This document shows, piece by piece, positions 1-14,139 of a stretch of 64,000 nt of DNA. Source of the stretch: Paraphysomonas bandaiensis. Taxonomy: Eukaryota; Protista; Chrysophyceae. The stretch lies in NCBI GenBank assembly GCA_965644295.1, contig CBFFRP010000287.1:1-64000 (forward strand), given 5' to 3'. The translations under genes and the position numbers were made by a program. The notes beneath the pieces were generated by a model. That model had not been told where the DNA came from, searched no databases, and was given only the letters and a program-made list of their open reading frames with translations. Numbering within the stretch: position 1 is the first letter of the stretch; each line of letters starts with the position of its first letter.

Positions 1-3000
1 CACGAATGCAACATTACTCAGATAGCACATAACAATATATATATATACAATCATACATTCAACAAGATAATTCGTACACTGCACACTGCCCCCATCCATC
101 CATCCATCCATCAAGACAGACAAAACAGAGGATACCACACAATTGCAATCCACAACATTATATTACAAAGAAGCGTAGCAGACTCAGACGGTGGTGCATG
201 TATTGTCTCTCACGAGTAGTCAGAACAGGTCTGTGAATCATGCCATCTTCATTGTCCACTACCCACATACACACAGCCAAACATATCATGCACGAATGCA
301 ACATTACTCAGATAGCACATAACAATATATATATATATACAATCATACATTCAACAAGATAAGTCGTACACTGCACACGGCCCCCCCATCCATCCATCCA
401 TCCATCAAGACAGACAAAACAGAGGATACCACACAATTGCAATCCACAACATTATATTACAAAGAAGCGTAGCAGACTCAGACGGTGGTGCATGTATTGT
501 CTCTCACGAGTAGTCAGAACAGGTCTGTGAATCATGCTATCTTCACTGTCCACTACCCACATACACACAGCCAAACATATCATGCACGAATGCAACATTA
601 CTCAGATAGCACATAACAATATATATATATATACAATCATACAGTCAACAAGATAAGTCGTACACTGCACACGGCCCTCCCATCCATCCATCCATCAAGA
701 CAGACAAAACAGAGGATACCACACAATTGCAATCCACAACATTATATTACAAAGAAGCGTAGCAGACTCAGACGGTGGTGCATGTATTGTCTCTCACGAG
801 TAGTCAGAACAGGTCTGTGAATCATGCTATCTTCACTGTCCACTACCCACATACACACAGCCAAACATATCATGCACGAATGCAACATTACTCAGATAGC
901 ACATAACAATATATATATATACAATCATACAGTCAACAAGATAAGTCGTACACTGCACACGGCCCCCCCATCCATCCATCCATCAAGACAGACAAAACAG
1001 AGGATACCACACAATTGCAATCCACAACATTATATTACAAAGAAGCGTAGCAGACTCAGACGGTGGTGCATGTATTGTCTCTCACGAGTAGTCAGAACAG
1101 GTCTGTGAATCATGCTATCTTCACGGTCCACTACCCACATACACACAGCCAAACATATCATGCACGAATGCAACATTACTCAGATAGCACATAACAATAT
1201 ATATATATACAATCATACAGTCAACAAGATAAGTCGTACACTGCACACGGCCCCCCCATCCATCCATCCATCCATCCATCAAGACAGACAAAACAGAGGA
1301 TACCACACAATTGCAATCCACAACATTATATTACAAAGAAGCGTAGCAGACTCAGACGGTGGTGCATGTATTGTCTCTCACGAGTAGTCAGAACAGGTCT
1401 GTGAATCATGCTATCTTCACGGTCCACTACCCACATACACACAGCCAAACATATCACGCACGAATGCAACATTACTCAGATAGCACATAACAATATATAT
1501 ATATACAATCAAACAGTCAACAAGATAAGTCGTACACTGCACACGGCCCCCCCATCCATCCATCCATCCATCAAGACAGACAAAACAGAGGATACCACAC
1601 AATTGCAATCCACAACATTATATTACAAAGAAGCGTAGCAGACTCAGACGGTGGTGCATGTATTGTCTCTCACGAGTAGTCAGAACAGGTCTGTGAATCA
1701 TGCTATCTTCACGGTCCACTACCCACATACACACAGCCAAACATATCACGCACGAATGCAACATTACTCAGATAGCACATAACAATATATATATATACAA
1801 TCATACAGTCAACAAGATAAGTCGTACACTGCACACGGCCCCCCCATCCATCCATCCATCCATCAAGACAGACAAAACAGAGGATACCACACAATTGCAA
1901 TCCACAACATTATATTACAAAGAAGCGTAGCAGACTCAGACGGTGGTGCATGTATTGTCTCTCACGAGTAGTCAGAACAGGTCTGTGAATCATGCTATCT
2001 TCACGGTCCACTACCCACATACACACAGCCAAACATATCACGCACGAATGCAACATTACTCAGATAGCACATAACAATATATATATATACAATCATACAG
2101 TCAACAAGATAAGTCGTACACTGCACACGGCCCCCCCATCCATCCATCCATCCATCAAGACAGACAAAACAGAGGATACCACACAATTGCAATCCACAAC
2201 ATTATATTACAAAGAAGCGTAGCAGACTCAGACGGTGGTGCATGTATTGTCTCTCACGAGTAGTCAGAACAGGTCTGTGAATCATGCTATCTTCACTGTC
2301 CACTACCCACATACACACAGCCAAACATATCATGCACGAATGCAACATTACTCAGATAGCACATAACAATATATATATATACAATCATACAGTCAACAAG
2401 ATAAGTCGTACACTGCACAAGGCCCTCCCATCCATCCATCCATCCATCAAGACAGACAAAGCAGAGGATACCACACAATTGCAATCCACAACATTATATT
2501 ACAAAGAAGCATAGCAGACTCAGACGGTGGTGCATGTATTGTCTCTCACGAGTAGTCAGAACAGGTCTGTGAATCATGCTATCTTCACTGTCCACTACCC
2601 ACATACACACAGCCAAACATATCATGCACGAATGCAACATTACTCAGATAGCACATAACAATATATATATATACAATCATACAGTCAACAAGATAAGTCG
2701 TACACTGCACACGGCCCCCCCATCCATCCATCCATCAAGACAGACAAAACAGAGGATACCACACAATTGCAATCCACAACATTATATTACAAAGAAGCGT
2801 AGCAGACTCAGACGGTGGTGCATGTATTGTCTCTCACGAGTAGTCAGAACAGGTCTGTGAATCATGCTATCTTCACTGTCCACTACCCACATACACACAG
2901 CCAAACATATCATGCACGAATACAACATTACTCAGATAGCACATAACAATATATATATATACAATCATACAGTCAACAAGATAAGTCGTACACTGCACAC

Positions 3001-6000
3001 GGCCCTCCCATCCATCCATCCATCAAGACAGATAAAACAGAGGATACCACACAATTGCAATCCACAACATTATATTACAAAGAAGCGTAGCAGACTCAGA
3101 CGGTGGTGCATGTATTGTCTCTCACGAGTAGTCAGAACAGGTCTGTGAATCATGCTATCTTCACTGTCCACTACCCACATACACACAGCCAAACATATCA
3201 CGCACGAATGCAACATTACTCAGATAGCACATAACAATATATATATATACAATCATACATTCAACAAGATAAGTCGTACACTGCACACGGCCCTCCCATC
3301 CATCCATCCATCCATCAAGACAGACAAAACAGAGGATACCACACAATTGCAATCCACAACATTATATTACAAAGAAGCGTAGCAGACTCAGACGGTGGTG
3401 CATGTATTGTCTCTCACGAGTAGTCAGAACAGGTCTGTGAATCATGCTATCTTCACTGTCCACTACCCACATACACACAGCCAAACATATCACGCACGAA
3501 TGCAACATTACTCAGATAGCACATAACAATATATATATATACAATCATACATTCAACAAGATAAGTCGTACACTGCACACTGCCCCTATCAAGACAGATA
3601 AAACAGAGGATACCACACAATTGCAATTCACAACATTATATTACAAAGAAGCGTAGCAGACTCAGACGGTGGTGCATGTATTGTCTCTCACGAGTAGTCA
3701 GAACAGGTCTGTGAATCATGCTATCTTCACTGTCCACTACCCACATACACACAGCCAAACATATCATGCACGAATACAACATTACTCAGATAGCACATAA
3801 CAATATATATATATACAATCATACAGTCAACAAGATAAGTCGTACACTGCACACGGCCCTCCCATCCATCCATCCATCAAGACAGATAAAACAGAGGATA
3901 CCACACAATTGCAATCCACAACATTATATTACAAAGAAGCGTAGCAGACTCAGACGGTGGTGCATGTATTGTCTCTCACGAGTAGTCAGAACAGGTCTGT
4001 GAATCATGCTATCTTCACTGTCCACTACCCACATACACACAGCCAAACATATCACGCACGAATGCAACATTACTCAGATAGCACATAACAATATATATAT
4101 ATACAATCATACATTCAACAAGATAAGTCGTACACTGCACACGGCCCTCCCATCCATCCATCCATCCATCAAGACAGACAAAACAGAGGATACCACACAA
4201 TTGCAATCCACAACATTATATTACAAAGAAGCGTAGCAGACTCAGACGGTGGTGCATGTATTGTCTCTCACGAGTAGTCAGAACAGGTCTGTGAATCATG
4301 CTATCTTCACTGTCCACTACCCACATACACACAGCCAAACATATCACGCACGAATGCAACATTACTCAGATAGCACATAACAATATATATATATACAATC
4401 ATACATTCAACAAGATAAGTCGTACACTGCACACTGCCCCCATCAAGACAGATAAAACAGAGGATACCACACAATTGCAATTCACAACATTATATTACAA
4501 AGAAGCGTAGCAGACTCAGACGGTGGTGCATGTATTGTCTCTCACGAGTAGTCAGAACAGGTCTGTGAATCATGCTATCTTCACGGTCCACTACCCACAT
4601 ACACACAGCCAAACATATCATGCACGAATGCAACATTACTCAGATAGCACATAACAATATATATATATACAATCATACATTCAACAAGATAAGTCGTACA
4701 CTGCACACGGCCCCCCCATCCATCCATCCATCCATCCATCCATCAAGACAGACAAAACAGAGGATACCACACAATTGCAATCCACAACATTATATTACAA
4801 AGAAGCGTAGCAGACTCAGACGGTGGTGCGTGTATTGTCTCTCACGAGTAGTCAGAACAGGTCTGTGAATCATGCTATCTTCACTGTCCACTACCCACAT
4901 ACACACAGCCAAACATATCACGCACGAATGCAACATTACTCAGATAGCACATAACAATATATATATATACAATCATACATTCAACAAGATAAGTCGTACA
5001 CTGCACACTGCCCCCATCCATCCATCCATCCATCAAGACAGACAAAACAGAGGATACCACACAATTGCAATCCACAACATTATATTACAAAGAAGCGTAG
5101 CAGACTCAGACGGTGGTGCATGTATTGTCTCTCACGAGTAGTCAGAACAGGTCTGTGAATCATGCTATCTTCACTGTCCACTACCCACATACACACAGCC
5201 AAACATATCACGCACGAATGCAACATTACTCAGATAGCACATAACAATATATATATATACAATCATACATTCAACAAGATAAGTCGTACACTGCACACTG
5301 CCCCCATCAAGACAGATAAAACAGAGGATACCACACAATTGCAATTCACAACATTATATTACAAAGAAGCGTAGCAGACTCAGACGGTGGTGCATGTATT
5401 GTCTCTCACGAGTAGTCAGAACAGGTCTGTGAATCATGCTATCTTCACGGTCCACTACCCACATACACACAGCCAAACATATCATGCACGAATGCAACAT
5501 TACTCAGATAGCACATAACAATATATATATATACAATCATACATTCAACAAGATAAGTCGTACACTGCACACGGCCCCCCCATCCATCCATCCATCCATC
5601 CATCAAGACAGACAAAACAGAGGATACCACACAATTGCAATCCACAATATTATATTACAAAGAAGCGTAGCAGACTCAGACGGTGGTGCATGTATTGTCT
5701 CTCACGAGTAGTCAGAACAGGTCTGTGAATCATGCTATCTTCACTGTCCACTACCCACATACACACAGCCAAACATATCACGCACGAATGCAACATTACT
5801 CAGATAGCACATAACAATATATATATATACAATCATACAGTCAACAAGATAAGTCGTACACTGCACACTGCCCCCCCATCCATCCATCCATCCATCAAGA
5901 CAGATAAAACAGAGGATACCACACAAAAGCAATTCACAACATTATATTACAAAGAAGCGTAGCAGACTCAGACGGTGGTGCATGTATTGTCTCTCACGAG

Positions 6001-7656
6001 TAGTCAGAACAGGTCTGTGAATCATGCTATCTTCACGGTCCACTACCCACATACACACAGCCAAACATATCATGCACGAATGCAACATTACTCAGATAGC
6101 ACATAACAATATATATATATACAATCATACATTCAACAAGATAAGTCGTACACTGCACACGGCCCCCCCATCCATCCATCCATCCATCCATCAAGACAGA
6201 CAAAACAGAGGATACCACACAATTGCAATCCACAATATTATATTACAAAGAAGCGTAGCAGACTCAGACGGTGGTGCATGTATTGTCTCTCACGAGTAGT
6301 CAGAACAGGTCTGTGAATCATGCTATCTTCACTGTCCACTACCCACATACACACAGCCAAACATATCACGCACGAATGCAACATTACTCAGATAGCACAT
6401 AACAATATATATATATACAATCATACAGTCAACAAGATAAGTCGTACACTGCACACTGCCCCCATCCATCCATCCATCCATCAAGACAGACAAAACAGAG
6501 GATACCACACAATTGCAATCCACAACATTATATTACAAAGAAGCGTAGCAGACTCAGACGGTGGTGCATGTATTGTCTCTCACGAGTAGTCAGAACAGGT
6601 CTGTGAATCATGCTATCTTCACTGTCCACTACCCACATACACACAGCCAAACATATCACGCACGAATGCAACATTTCTCAGATAGCACATAACAATATAT
6701 ATATATACAATCATACATTCAACAAGATAATTCGTACACTGCACACTGCCCCCCCATCCATCCATCCATCCATCAAGACAGACAAAACAGAGGATACCAC
6801 ACAATTGCAATCCACAACATTATATTACAAAGAAGCGTAGCAGACTCAGACGGTGGTGCATGTATTGTCTCTCACGAGTAGTCAGAACAGGTCTGTGAAT
6901 CATGCTATCTTCACTGTCCACTACCCACATACACACAGCCAAACATATCACGCACGAATGCAACATTACTCAGATAGCACATAACAATATATATATATAC
7001 AATCATACAGTCAACAAGATAAGTCGTACACTGCACACTGCCCCCCCATCCATCTATCCATCCATCAAGACAGACAGACAGACAAAACAGAGGATACCAC
7101 ACAATTGCAATCCACAACATTATATTACAAAGAAGCGTAGCAGACTCAGACGGTGGTGCATGTATTGTCTCTCACGAGTAGTCAGAACAGGTCTGTGAAT
7201 CATGCTATCTTCACTGTCCACTACCCACATACACACAGCCAAACATATCACGCACGAATGCAACATTACTCAGATAGCACATAACAATATATATATATAC
7301 AATCATACAGTCAACAAGATAAGTCGTACACTGCACACTGCCCCCCCATCCATCTATCCATCCATCAAGACAGACAGACAGACAAAACAGAGGATACCAC
7401 ACAATTGCAATCCACAACATTATATTACAAAGAAGCGTAGCAGACTCAGACGGTGGTGCATGTATTGTCTCTCACGAGTAGTCAGAACAGGTCTGTGAAT
7501 CATGCTATCTTCACTGTCCACTACCCACATACACACAGCCAAACATATCACGCACGAATGCAACATTACTCAGATAGCACATAACAATATATATATATAT
7601 ACAATCATACATTCAACAAGATAATTCGTACACTGCACACTGCACCATCCATCAAG
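1..7656. repeat. Tandem satellite array, ~290-bp unit (274-300 bp), ~26 copies, continuing off the left edge; lies in an intron of the GlnRS gene
   Basis: The unit ATGCTATCTTCAC...GTCAGAACAGGTCTGTGAATC recurs at 824, 1112, 1408, 1700 ... 7202, 7502. Length variation comes from internal (AT)n, (CATC)n and (GACA)n tracts. The match ends at ...ATCAAG 7656. Confidence 0.98.
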
Positions 7657-7802
7657 TTAGACAACAGGACATCACGCACTACATCTAGTAGAAGTAGAAC
7701 GAACTACTATTCATTGCATTTGTTATGTCCACTGAAGTCATTTATATATACACTATCTCTGCTATTTCACAATGTGTAGCGCCAGTCTATGCGTCAAATT
7801 AC

Positions 7803-10377
7803 CTCGATGGGCACAGCCAAGTGAAAAGGAACCCACTGTACAGCTGTCTTGGCCTTTTCTCCAGAGTCGTCAGGCACTACTTCCACCGATATCTGTTCAA
7901 CGTCGCCTGTAACAAAACAAAGCCGCTTTTCAGTATACTACAAACATCATAGGGGACTCATTGCAATACCATTGGCATCAGTTTGAATATCCGTGCAGCG
8001 AACTCTGTGATATTACAAAATAACACATATCGTTATTAGTGAGATATAACCACCTGCAAGCGTATTTGAGGCTGACAACTTTACCAGGGGCAAAGCCAAA
8101 GAAATCCTGAATCCAGATGGTGCAGTTACATACATATGCATCTTAAGTAACGTATTAATTCAGATAATACAACATTACTGTCGTATGCAAACAATACAGA
8201 GAATTCGGCAAGGTACACTTCTATACGTACTGGAGAATCGACAGTGCGAACATCAGATTTGTCGATGTATACTTTAGATGTCATTCGCAGTGGGTGATCG
8301 CCTCTAGCCAGGTCGAATGGGAAATCCAACCCAACCCAATCTATTTCGCAAGTCGCATCGTCTGCAGTAGAAGCATTGGGAAGGTTGGAGAGGCCAGTGA
8401 TGGTCACGAGCACAGGATCCAGAACAACCATGACCTTCAAGTATTAAATAGGCATAAACAAGATCAAAGCCAACCATTCTATTAACACACGAGGAATAAC
8501 ACTTACTCTAGGTGAAGATTCGTGCAGGGTACTCCTCGCCCTGTAAATGACATAGTACTTAATTTTGTGATAACACGATAGGGGTGAAGCGCGACTTGCA
8601 ATGGCACAGCTGATAACTTACACCGAAGATAGCTTTTCATATTCGACCGTATTTTCATTGCGAGTAACTCCAATATCTGTGCAAAACTTATTCATAATCT
8701 CAGCAGTGAACCCACGTCTTCGAAGGCCCTATATACACCAATATTGGTCAAAATACGCCATAATAATTAAATATAATATCAAAACTACTTATCAATACAC
8801 CGCCAAGATATCTGCAAGAAACACTGGGGTGGTAATTGTAACGATACGAATGCTTCTGTTACCTTGATAGTGGGCATTCTGGGATCATCCCAGCCCCTCA
8901 TTACCCCATTATTCACAAGCTTAAGCAGCTTTCTCTTCGACAGCACTGTATACGCAACATTTAATCGAGACATCTCGTAAACCTGCACCACCAAATTTGT
9001 ACAAGTGTAAGTAACATATGTGAATAGTACAAATAAAACAAAGCTACAAAGAATAGAATTGTATGGTGCATCAAAACAGACGTCTACATGGTGGGTACCT
9101 TTGGTCTATACATATCAAGTGCCTCAAGAAGCCAAAAGTACGATTCTCGGCGACTTTCAAACTCCAGAGTACAGATTGAGTAATCGACATGCTCAATACT
9201 GAGTCCACACAATATTCAGCACATATATAAAAATAGGATAGCCATATCCCAATAAACAAAACAATTCGAGAATCATGTATATACGCCACAGACAGGATAT
9301 CATTGTTATTAATATATAGCGTACAGTACGTCTTACCTATCAATAAGACAGTGTGTATAATCATAAGTCGGGTATATGCACCACTTATCTCCCACATGCG
9401 GATGGGGCACATATTTAATACGATAAGCCACCTATACGCGTAACGCACACACGTGTTATACACAGAATGCACACAAATATTTTGCATCGTTGTGTTCATC
9501 AAACCTTCCCATCACAAAATAACGGCAGATCTCAGACATGCAGCACTAACTTATAAATAAAATTGCACATTGACACCAATTCATTTCTCTCAGGTGTATG
9601 ATATACCTGATCCCACATATTCGGGTTAGGAGATGACATGTCCATCTTCATGCGAAGAGTAGCCTTGCTTGATTCATACAGGCCCATACGCATCTTCTCG
9701 AACTCCAACAAGCTTTCTCTTATAGGCCTAAATTATGTCAATTAGCTCACAACCGTAAATTTTAGAAGTAATATTATTAATGTGATTGTCATGAACGCTA
9801 AAGGAAAGATGTTTTGTAGAAAATAATACAACAAAAGAATTGCGTTACTGAACCTGTTTCTCCAGGGACTGCAAGGGTCACCAGGCGAATCGGGGTTGGC
9901 TACCTTGGCTTTGGCAATTTCGCGAGAGGCCTCCATTTCAGCTTTGGTTTGATGACAAACGTAGGCCTTGTCGCGCTTGATTAATTCCACCGCAAGCTCG
10001 TGAAGTTTATCAAAATAATCAGAAGAAAAGGTGATAGGATTAGGTTTCCAACCGAGCCATTCAACATCCTCTCGCAGAGAATCAATATATTCCATGGACT
10101 CCGCCTCGGGGTTCGTATCATCATATCGAAATATAGTCTGCCGATTCTCGGGAGGAACTCCAAGCTTTTCGAACGCCAATGAAAAATTCATGTTCATACT
10201 TTTGCAGTGACCAATGTGAAGATAACCATTCGGTTCAGGCGGAAATCGAGTGCGGACTTTGCCTTGGTTGTGGCGAGCATGCTCCTCCAAAAGCTCCGGT
10301 GTATTCACCATGGACGGTAATTCTCGTGCCGCCAATTCGCGAGAAGAACTGGGGGTTGTGGAGCCTGTTTCACTCAT
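7803..10377 (-). CDS. QARS: Glutaminyl-tRNA synthetase, multi-exon; final exon(s) lie left of the satellite, outside the window
   Basis: [16 protein letters not shown] (HIGH motif) and RYDDTNPE in exon 1 (10377-9854). Manually spliced GT-AG exons give MWDQ|[44 protein letters not shown] (KMSKS-like), [10 protein letters not shown]|GLRRRG, and anticodon-domain [18 protein letters not shown] ending at a GT donor at 7802. No stop codon is reached in the window. Confidence 0.95.
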
Positions 10378-10761
10378 TGATATAGTAGGATAAGAGAAAA
10401 TTAATACAGGTGAGTGCCTGGTTTTATTATGCTAATATAAATTGTGCTCCTGCCAGAGTAAGAGATACCAATTCTTGTGGTTGTGGCATTTTCGTTCCCC
10501 ATGCACCATACCGGCATATACTGCTGTACAGAGTACTCTACCTGTATCACAGTTTCAGGGTAGGAACTGCACAACCGCACATCTGTTCTTCGCGTGCGTG
10601 TACAATGGTATTCCAGTATTCCATATGGTATACAGAGCTGCAGTTTCAGTGTACACTGTATGTGTATTGCATTTTAACCGAAATCCTTGCACCATTCACA
10701 ACACAGTCAAGTTGGATGGTATCGACGAAATTGACTATTACCACTGTCTCTACCACCTCAC

Positions 10762-11676
10762 ATGGATTTCATTGATGACGATAGTGGCGACGAACGGGAA
10801 GAATTGGACAATACAACGTGTGACCGGCGTGCCCTGCTGAGTCAGCGTCCTGAGAGTTGTGGAATTCTTCAGTTTCACTCTGGCATTGAGGAAGCGTTTT
10901 TATTGTATGTGGAACGCAATGCCAAAGAACGCAATCCGGAATCTGTACTTCGAGCAGCAGACAAATTTTGCTATTCTCGGCACTGGATGATGCATGTAGG
11001 TGATGAAAAGGGCACTGTACTGGACACTGTTATTCGCGACGTTGTAAACGCCAATGACAGACCCATAGTATGTGTAGAGATAGGGAGTTATTGTGGATAT
11101 TCTGCTGTTCGAATAGCTAGTCATTTCACGCACCCCTCCTCTAAACTCTACAGCATTGAAATTGAACCGAATTGTGTCCAGTGGACGCAGCGTATGGTGA
11201 CTCTGGCCCAGCTCTCAGATCGTGTGACAATTATTGAAGGAAACGTGTCACGGGCCATTGCGTATCTACTTCAGCTGAATGTAGAACCGGTCGATATACT
11301 TTTTATTGACCACGATAAAAAGTTGTATCTGAGGGACTTGATGGCATTCGAAAACTCTGGCTTGTTACGCCATCCAGGTGGGGTCGTGGTAGCGGATAAT
11401 GTGTTGTGCTTCAACTCTCCTCTCGACGATTATTTACGTCACGTGCGATGTCAACATGAAGATACTGCTGAAGTTTGTAGTGGTAGTGATGTTGATTTGA
11501 CTAATCTGCAACAGCGTATACCCTGTGGTCGTAATGTACACTATGCATCCAGTATACTTCACCGCTGCTCATTGGAGTACTCGTGTCCTGGTAGTGCAGA
11601 TATACCAAAAGGAGATTATTTAGAAGATGGTGTTGAAATTAGTATAATTGGTTCGTGCCCTAATACAGCCAAATAG
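10762..11676 (+). CDS. Catechol O-methyltransferase-like SAM-dependent methyltransferase, single exon
   Basis: 304-aa ORF with MHVGDEKG, VEIGSYCGYSA (SAM motif I), LFIDHDKKLY and VVADNV, the COMT-family metal and SAM ligands. Confidence 0.9.
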   Translation: MDFIDDDSGDEREELDNTTCDRRALLSQRPESCGILQFHSGIEEAFLLYVERNAKERNPESVLRAADKFCYSRHWMMHVGDEKGTVLDTVIRDVVNANDRPIVCVEIGSYCGYSAVRIASHFTHPSSKLYSIEIEPNCVQWTQRMVTLAQLSDRVTIIEGNVSRAIAYLLQLNVEPVDILFIDHDKKLYLRDLMAFENSGLLRHPGGVVVADNVLCFNSPLDDYLRHVRCQHEDTAEVCSGSDVDLTNLQQRIPCGRNVHYASSILHRCSLEYSCPGSADIPKGDYLEDGVEISIIGSCPNTAK

Positions 11677-12033
11677 TATGTCTTTATGGTATTAATTTAA
11701 AGTTATAGTGGACCTGTATCACGAGGATATATATTTTAGCGTTGTCAAAGTGGCCGAATTGGCTTGCCATGATATATTATGGGATTGACTTCGTCATTAT
11801 AATAAATGGTTCGAACTGGTCAAGTTTTGTAAAAACCCGAACCATATATTCTGCTCGCAAACAGCAATGAATTTGAAATTATCATTATTATCAAGGTTGT
11901 CTATATGCGGTACGCGTTGCTATTATCATTTTAACATGTAGCGCCCCTAATATTGGTGTAATTCTGATGTGGTTACATAATACATCCTCCCCATCAGGAA
12001 GTATACTATATGTGAAATACTCCTATCATCATG

Positions 12034-12157
12034 ATACCTGAAGACAGTAGATGTAAGATATATCCATATTCTGCTTGCTCACTGCGTTTGCTTTGAGGAT
12101 AGAGTGAGTGTGGTTGCACCTTGGTGCTTCCGGCGACACATAAGCAGCTTTCGTAGT
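12034..12157 (-). repeat. Dispersed ~430-bp repeat family, 5' half, inverted
   Basis: Reverse complement matches 33890-34025 and 54385-54510 (e.g. CTCAAAGCAAACGCAGTGAGCAAGCAGAAT). Confidence 0.85.
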
Positions 12158-12292
12158 TCCAAAAAAATAGTAGAATATCAGAGTCAAGCACTAGTTAGTT
12201 AAATTATTTTGCTACATTACTTCTGACTCCTACACCGGGAGCCCTATTGTTAATAATACGACACATACAACTATCCTCATATACTAAAAAAA

Positions 12293-12592
12293 TATTGTAT
12301 CTCACGAGTAGTCAGAACAGGTTTGCGAATCATGCTATCTTCACTGTCCACTACCCACACACACACAGCCAAACACATTACTCAGATAGCACATAACAAT
12401 ATATATATATATACAATCATACATTCAACAAGATAATTCGTACACTGCACACTGCCCCCCATCCATCCATCCATCCAAGGCAGACAAAACAGAGGATACC
12501 ACACAATTGCAATTCACAACATTATATTACAAAGAAGCGTAGCAGACTCAGACGGTGGTGCATGTATTGTCTCTCACGAGTAGTCAGAACAG
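12293..12592 (+). repeat. Solitary monomer of the intronic satellite (one unit plus ~28-bp terminal redundancy)
   Basis: Begins and ends with TATTGT(A/C)TCTCACGAGTAGTCAGAACAG. The body matches the 1-7656 unit apart from a short deletion at an AACA microhomology and a few substitutions. Confidence 0.95.
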
Positions 12593-12596
12593 ATAG

Positions 12597-12871
12597 GGTA
12601 AACTCGTCCCGGATGCTTCACTTCAGCAGTCAGGCTAATACCCAACTGTATCTTTAAGGCAAGCCTTTGCCGGATGCGTATTTATATTAGTGTCTCTTGT
12701 ATCACTCAAGCATTTGACTTTGAGTGAACAGAACGTTATCTGCTCTCTATTTATGCGACTCACGTTAGTTTCCCGAAGAAATCTCTCCGGTACTTATCCC
12801 TCAGAACACCACGAAAAAGGTGGGAGTGCGACTTTGTTTAGGGTTATGGCACATACACTGGCAACGTAGTA
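12597..12871 (+). repeat. Dispersed ~430-bp repeat family, 3' half
   Basis: CCCGGATGCTT...CAGAACGTTATCTGC...GAAATCTCTCCGGTACTTATCCCTCAGAACACCACGAAAA matches 34040-34320. Confidence 0.88.
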
Positions 12872-14139
12872 GAATGATACTTTGTTTCTAGTAAAGTTAC
12901 AAATCGTATACTAGATCACTTGCGCTTCAAGTCCATACTCATCTATCAGTGCAATCATACAATTGTAACTAAACTAATATTACACACTTCAACATTACAG
13001 ACATGTCATGTATCAACTACAACTTCAATGGAAAAGATTCGGTTTTACATGGACTTCCCATTGTCATTTCACTCTCAACGACAAACGATGCTATGCTCGT
13101 AACAGTAAGGGTGGACAATAAAATCTACCTAACTTTCTGGAAGAAGGGATCAAAAATAGCTGATGTGGCTTCTAACATCGTTGCCTTGGTGACGTATACA
13201 AAGTTGTATTGTAAAACCACCTTGAGCACAATTATTCTTTGCCTAAAGGTGTCAAACCGCAATCACTCTCTCGCCGACTGCTATACTCTCTTTCAGAATC
13301 CCTTCCATATAGCTCCATTCAACACATTATTAGTTAGTTCCGCATGTCTGACGCTGTGTTTTGAGCTGAATCCGAGGTAGTAGTGCTTCTAAAACGATAC
13401 AACACTTGAGCGACGAACACAAAGCATGTTTGATTCTTTATACGTGCTGTGAATGATCTCTCTGGGAATTCTTTTAATTAGAAAGTGGAGATGTATAAAT
13501 TGTATACGTTAGTTGCGATGTATATTTTCCTTCGTGTGATAATGTCATTCCGATTAATTGTTAATTTACAATAAATTGATGTTTTCTATGTTATGCTACT
13601 TTACATATTCCGTAGCAGATGATGCTTTGTATACGATAAATGCCAATACTGGTAGTCTATTTGTAAGTGTGTTTAAATTGAGATCACTCGGTCTATTTAG
13701 CATTTTAGTATACGCTATGCAGTGCATTTTAGATTGGTTATTTCCTCTATGACTTTAGCAATTAGCAATGGTCCCACAAAAAAGATACGGATCAAATGTA
13801 TCATTAGTTACATTTATATATTATTCTCTCTTTCGTGAAAATCGATTCGCTAAAGTGTTAATACTTAAATCGTTTGGTCTATTCCGTGATTTGTCACCAT
13901 CAGCAACAGATAAAAGCTTAGGATATGCATGGTCAATAATATATTGGCTATTGCTACCACTGATTTCTCCTTCACCAACTATTAATTTATCTGCTTTGCT
14001 TAGCTATATCTACCAGTGCTGTGATCACTTTATGAGCTCTACTGGAATTGGTCGACAACTTCTTCCACTACAACGTTCAACCAATTAAACTACTGGTATC
14101 ACCAAACCACTATATGTTCCATGATTGACTTCTCCTACA

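Noticed and set aside
824-7498. Dozens of 63-98 aa ORFs on both strands of the satellite
   Set aside because: They are by-products of the repeat. Frames and stops change with (CATC)n and (AT)n length, and there is no protein motif.
1-7656. Satellite units as tandem alternative GlnRS exons (minus strand has CAG-T-GTA-CGA-CTT, 'VRL', the expected next residues)
   Set aside because: The phase does not match the phase-0 donor at 7802, the VRL frame stops after 8 codons, and there is no further GlnRS similarity.
1-7656. Retrozyme or CRISPR-like interpretation of the array
   Set aside because: No CUGANGA...GAAA hammerhead core was found on either strand of the unit. There are no unique spacers or cas genes, and the context is eukaryotic.
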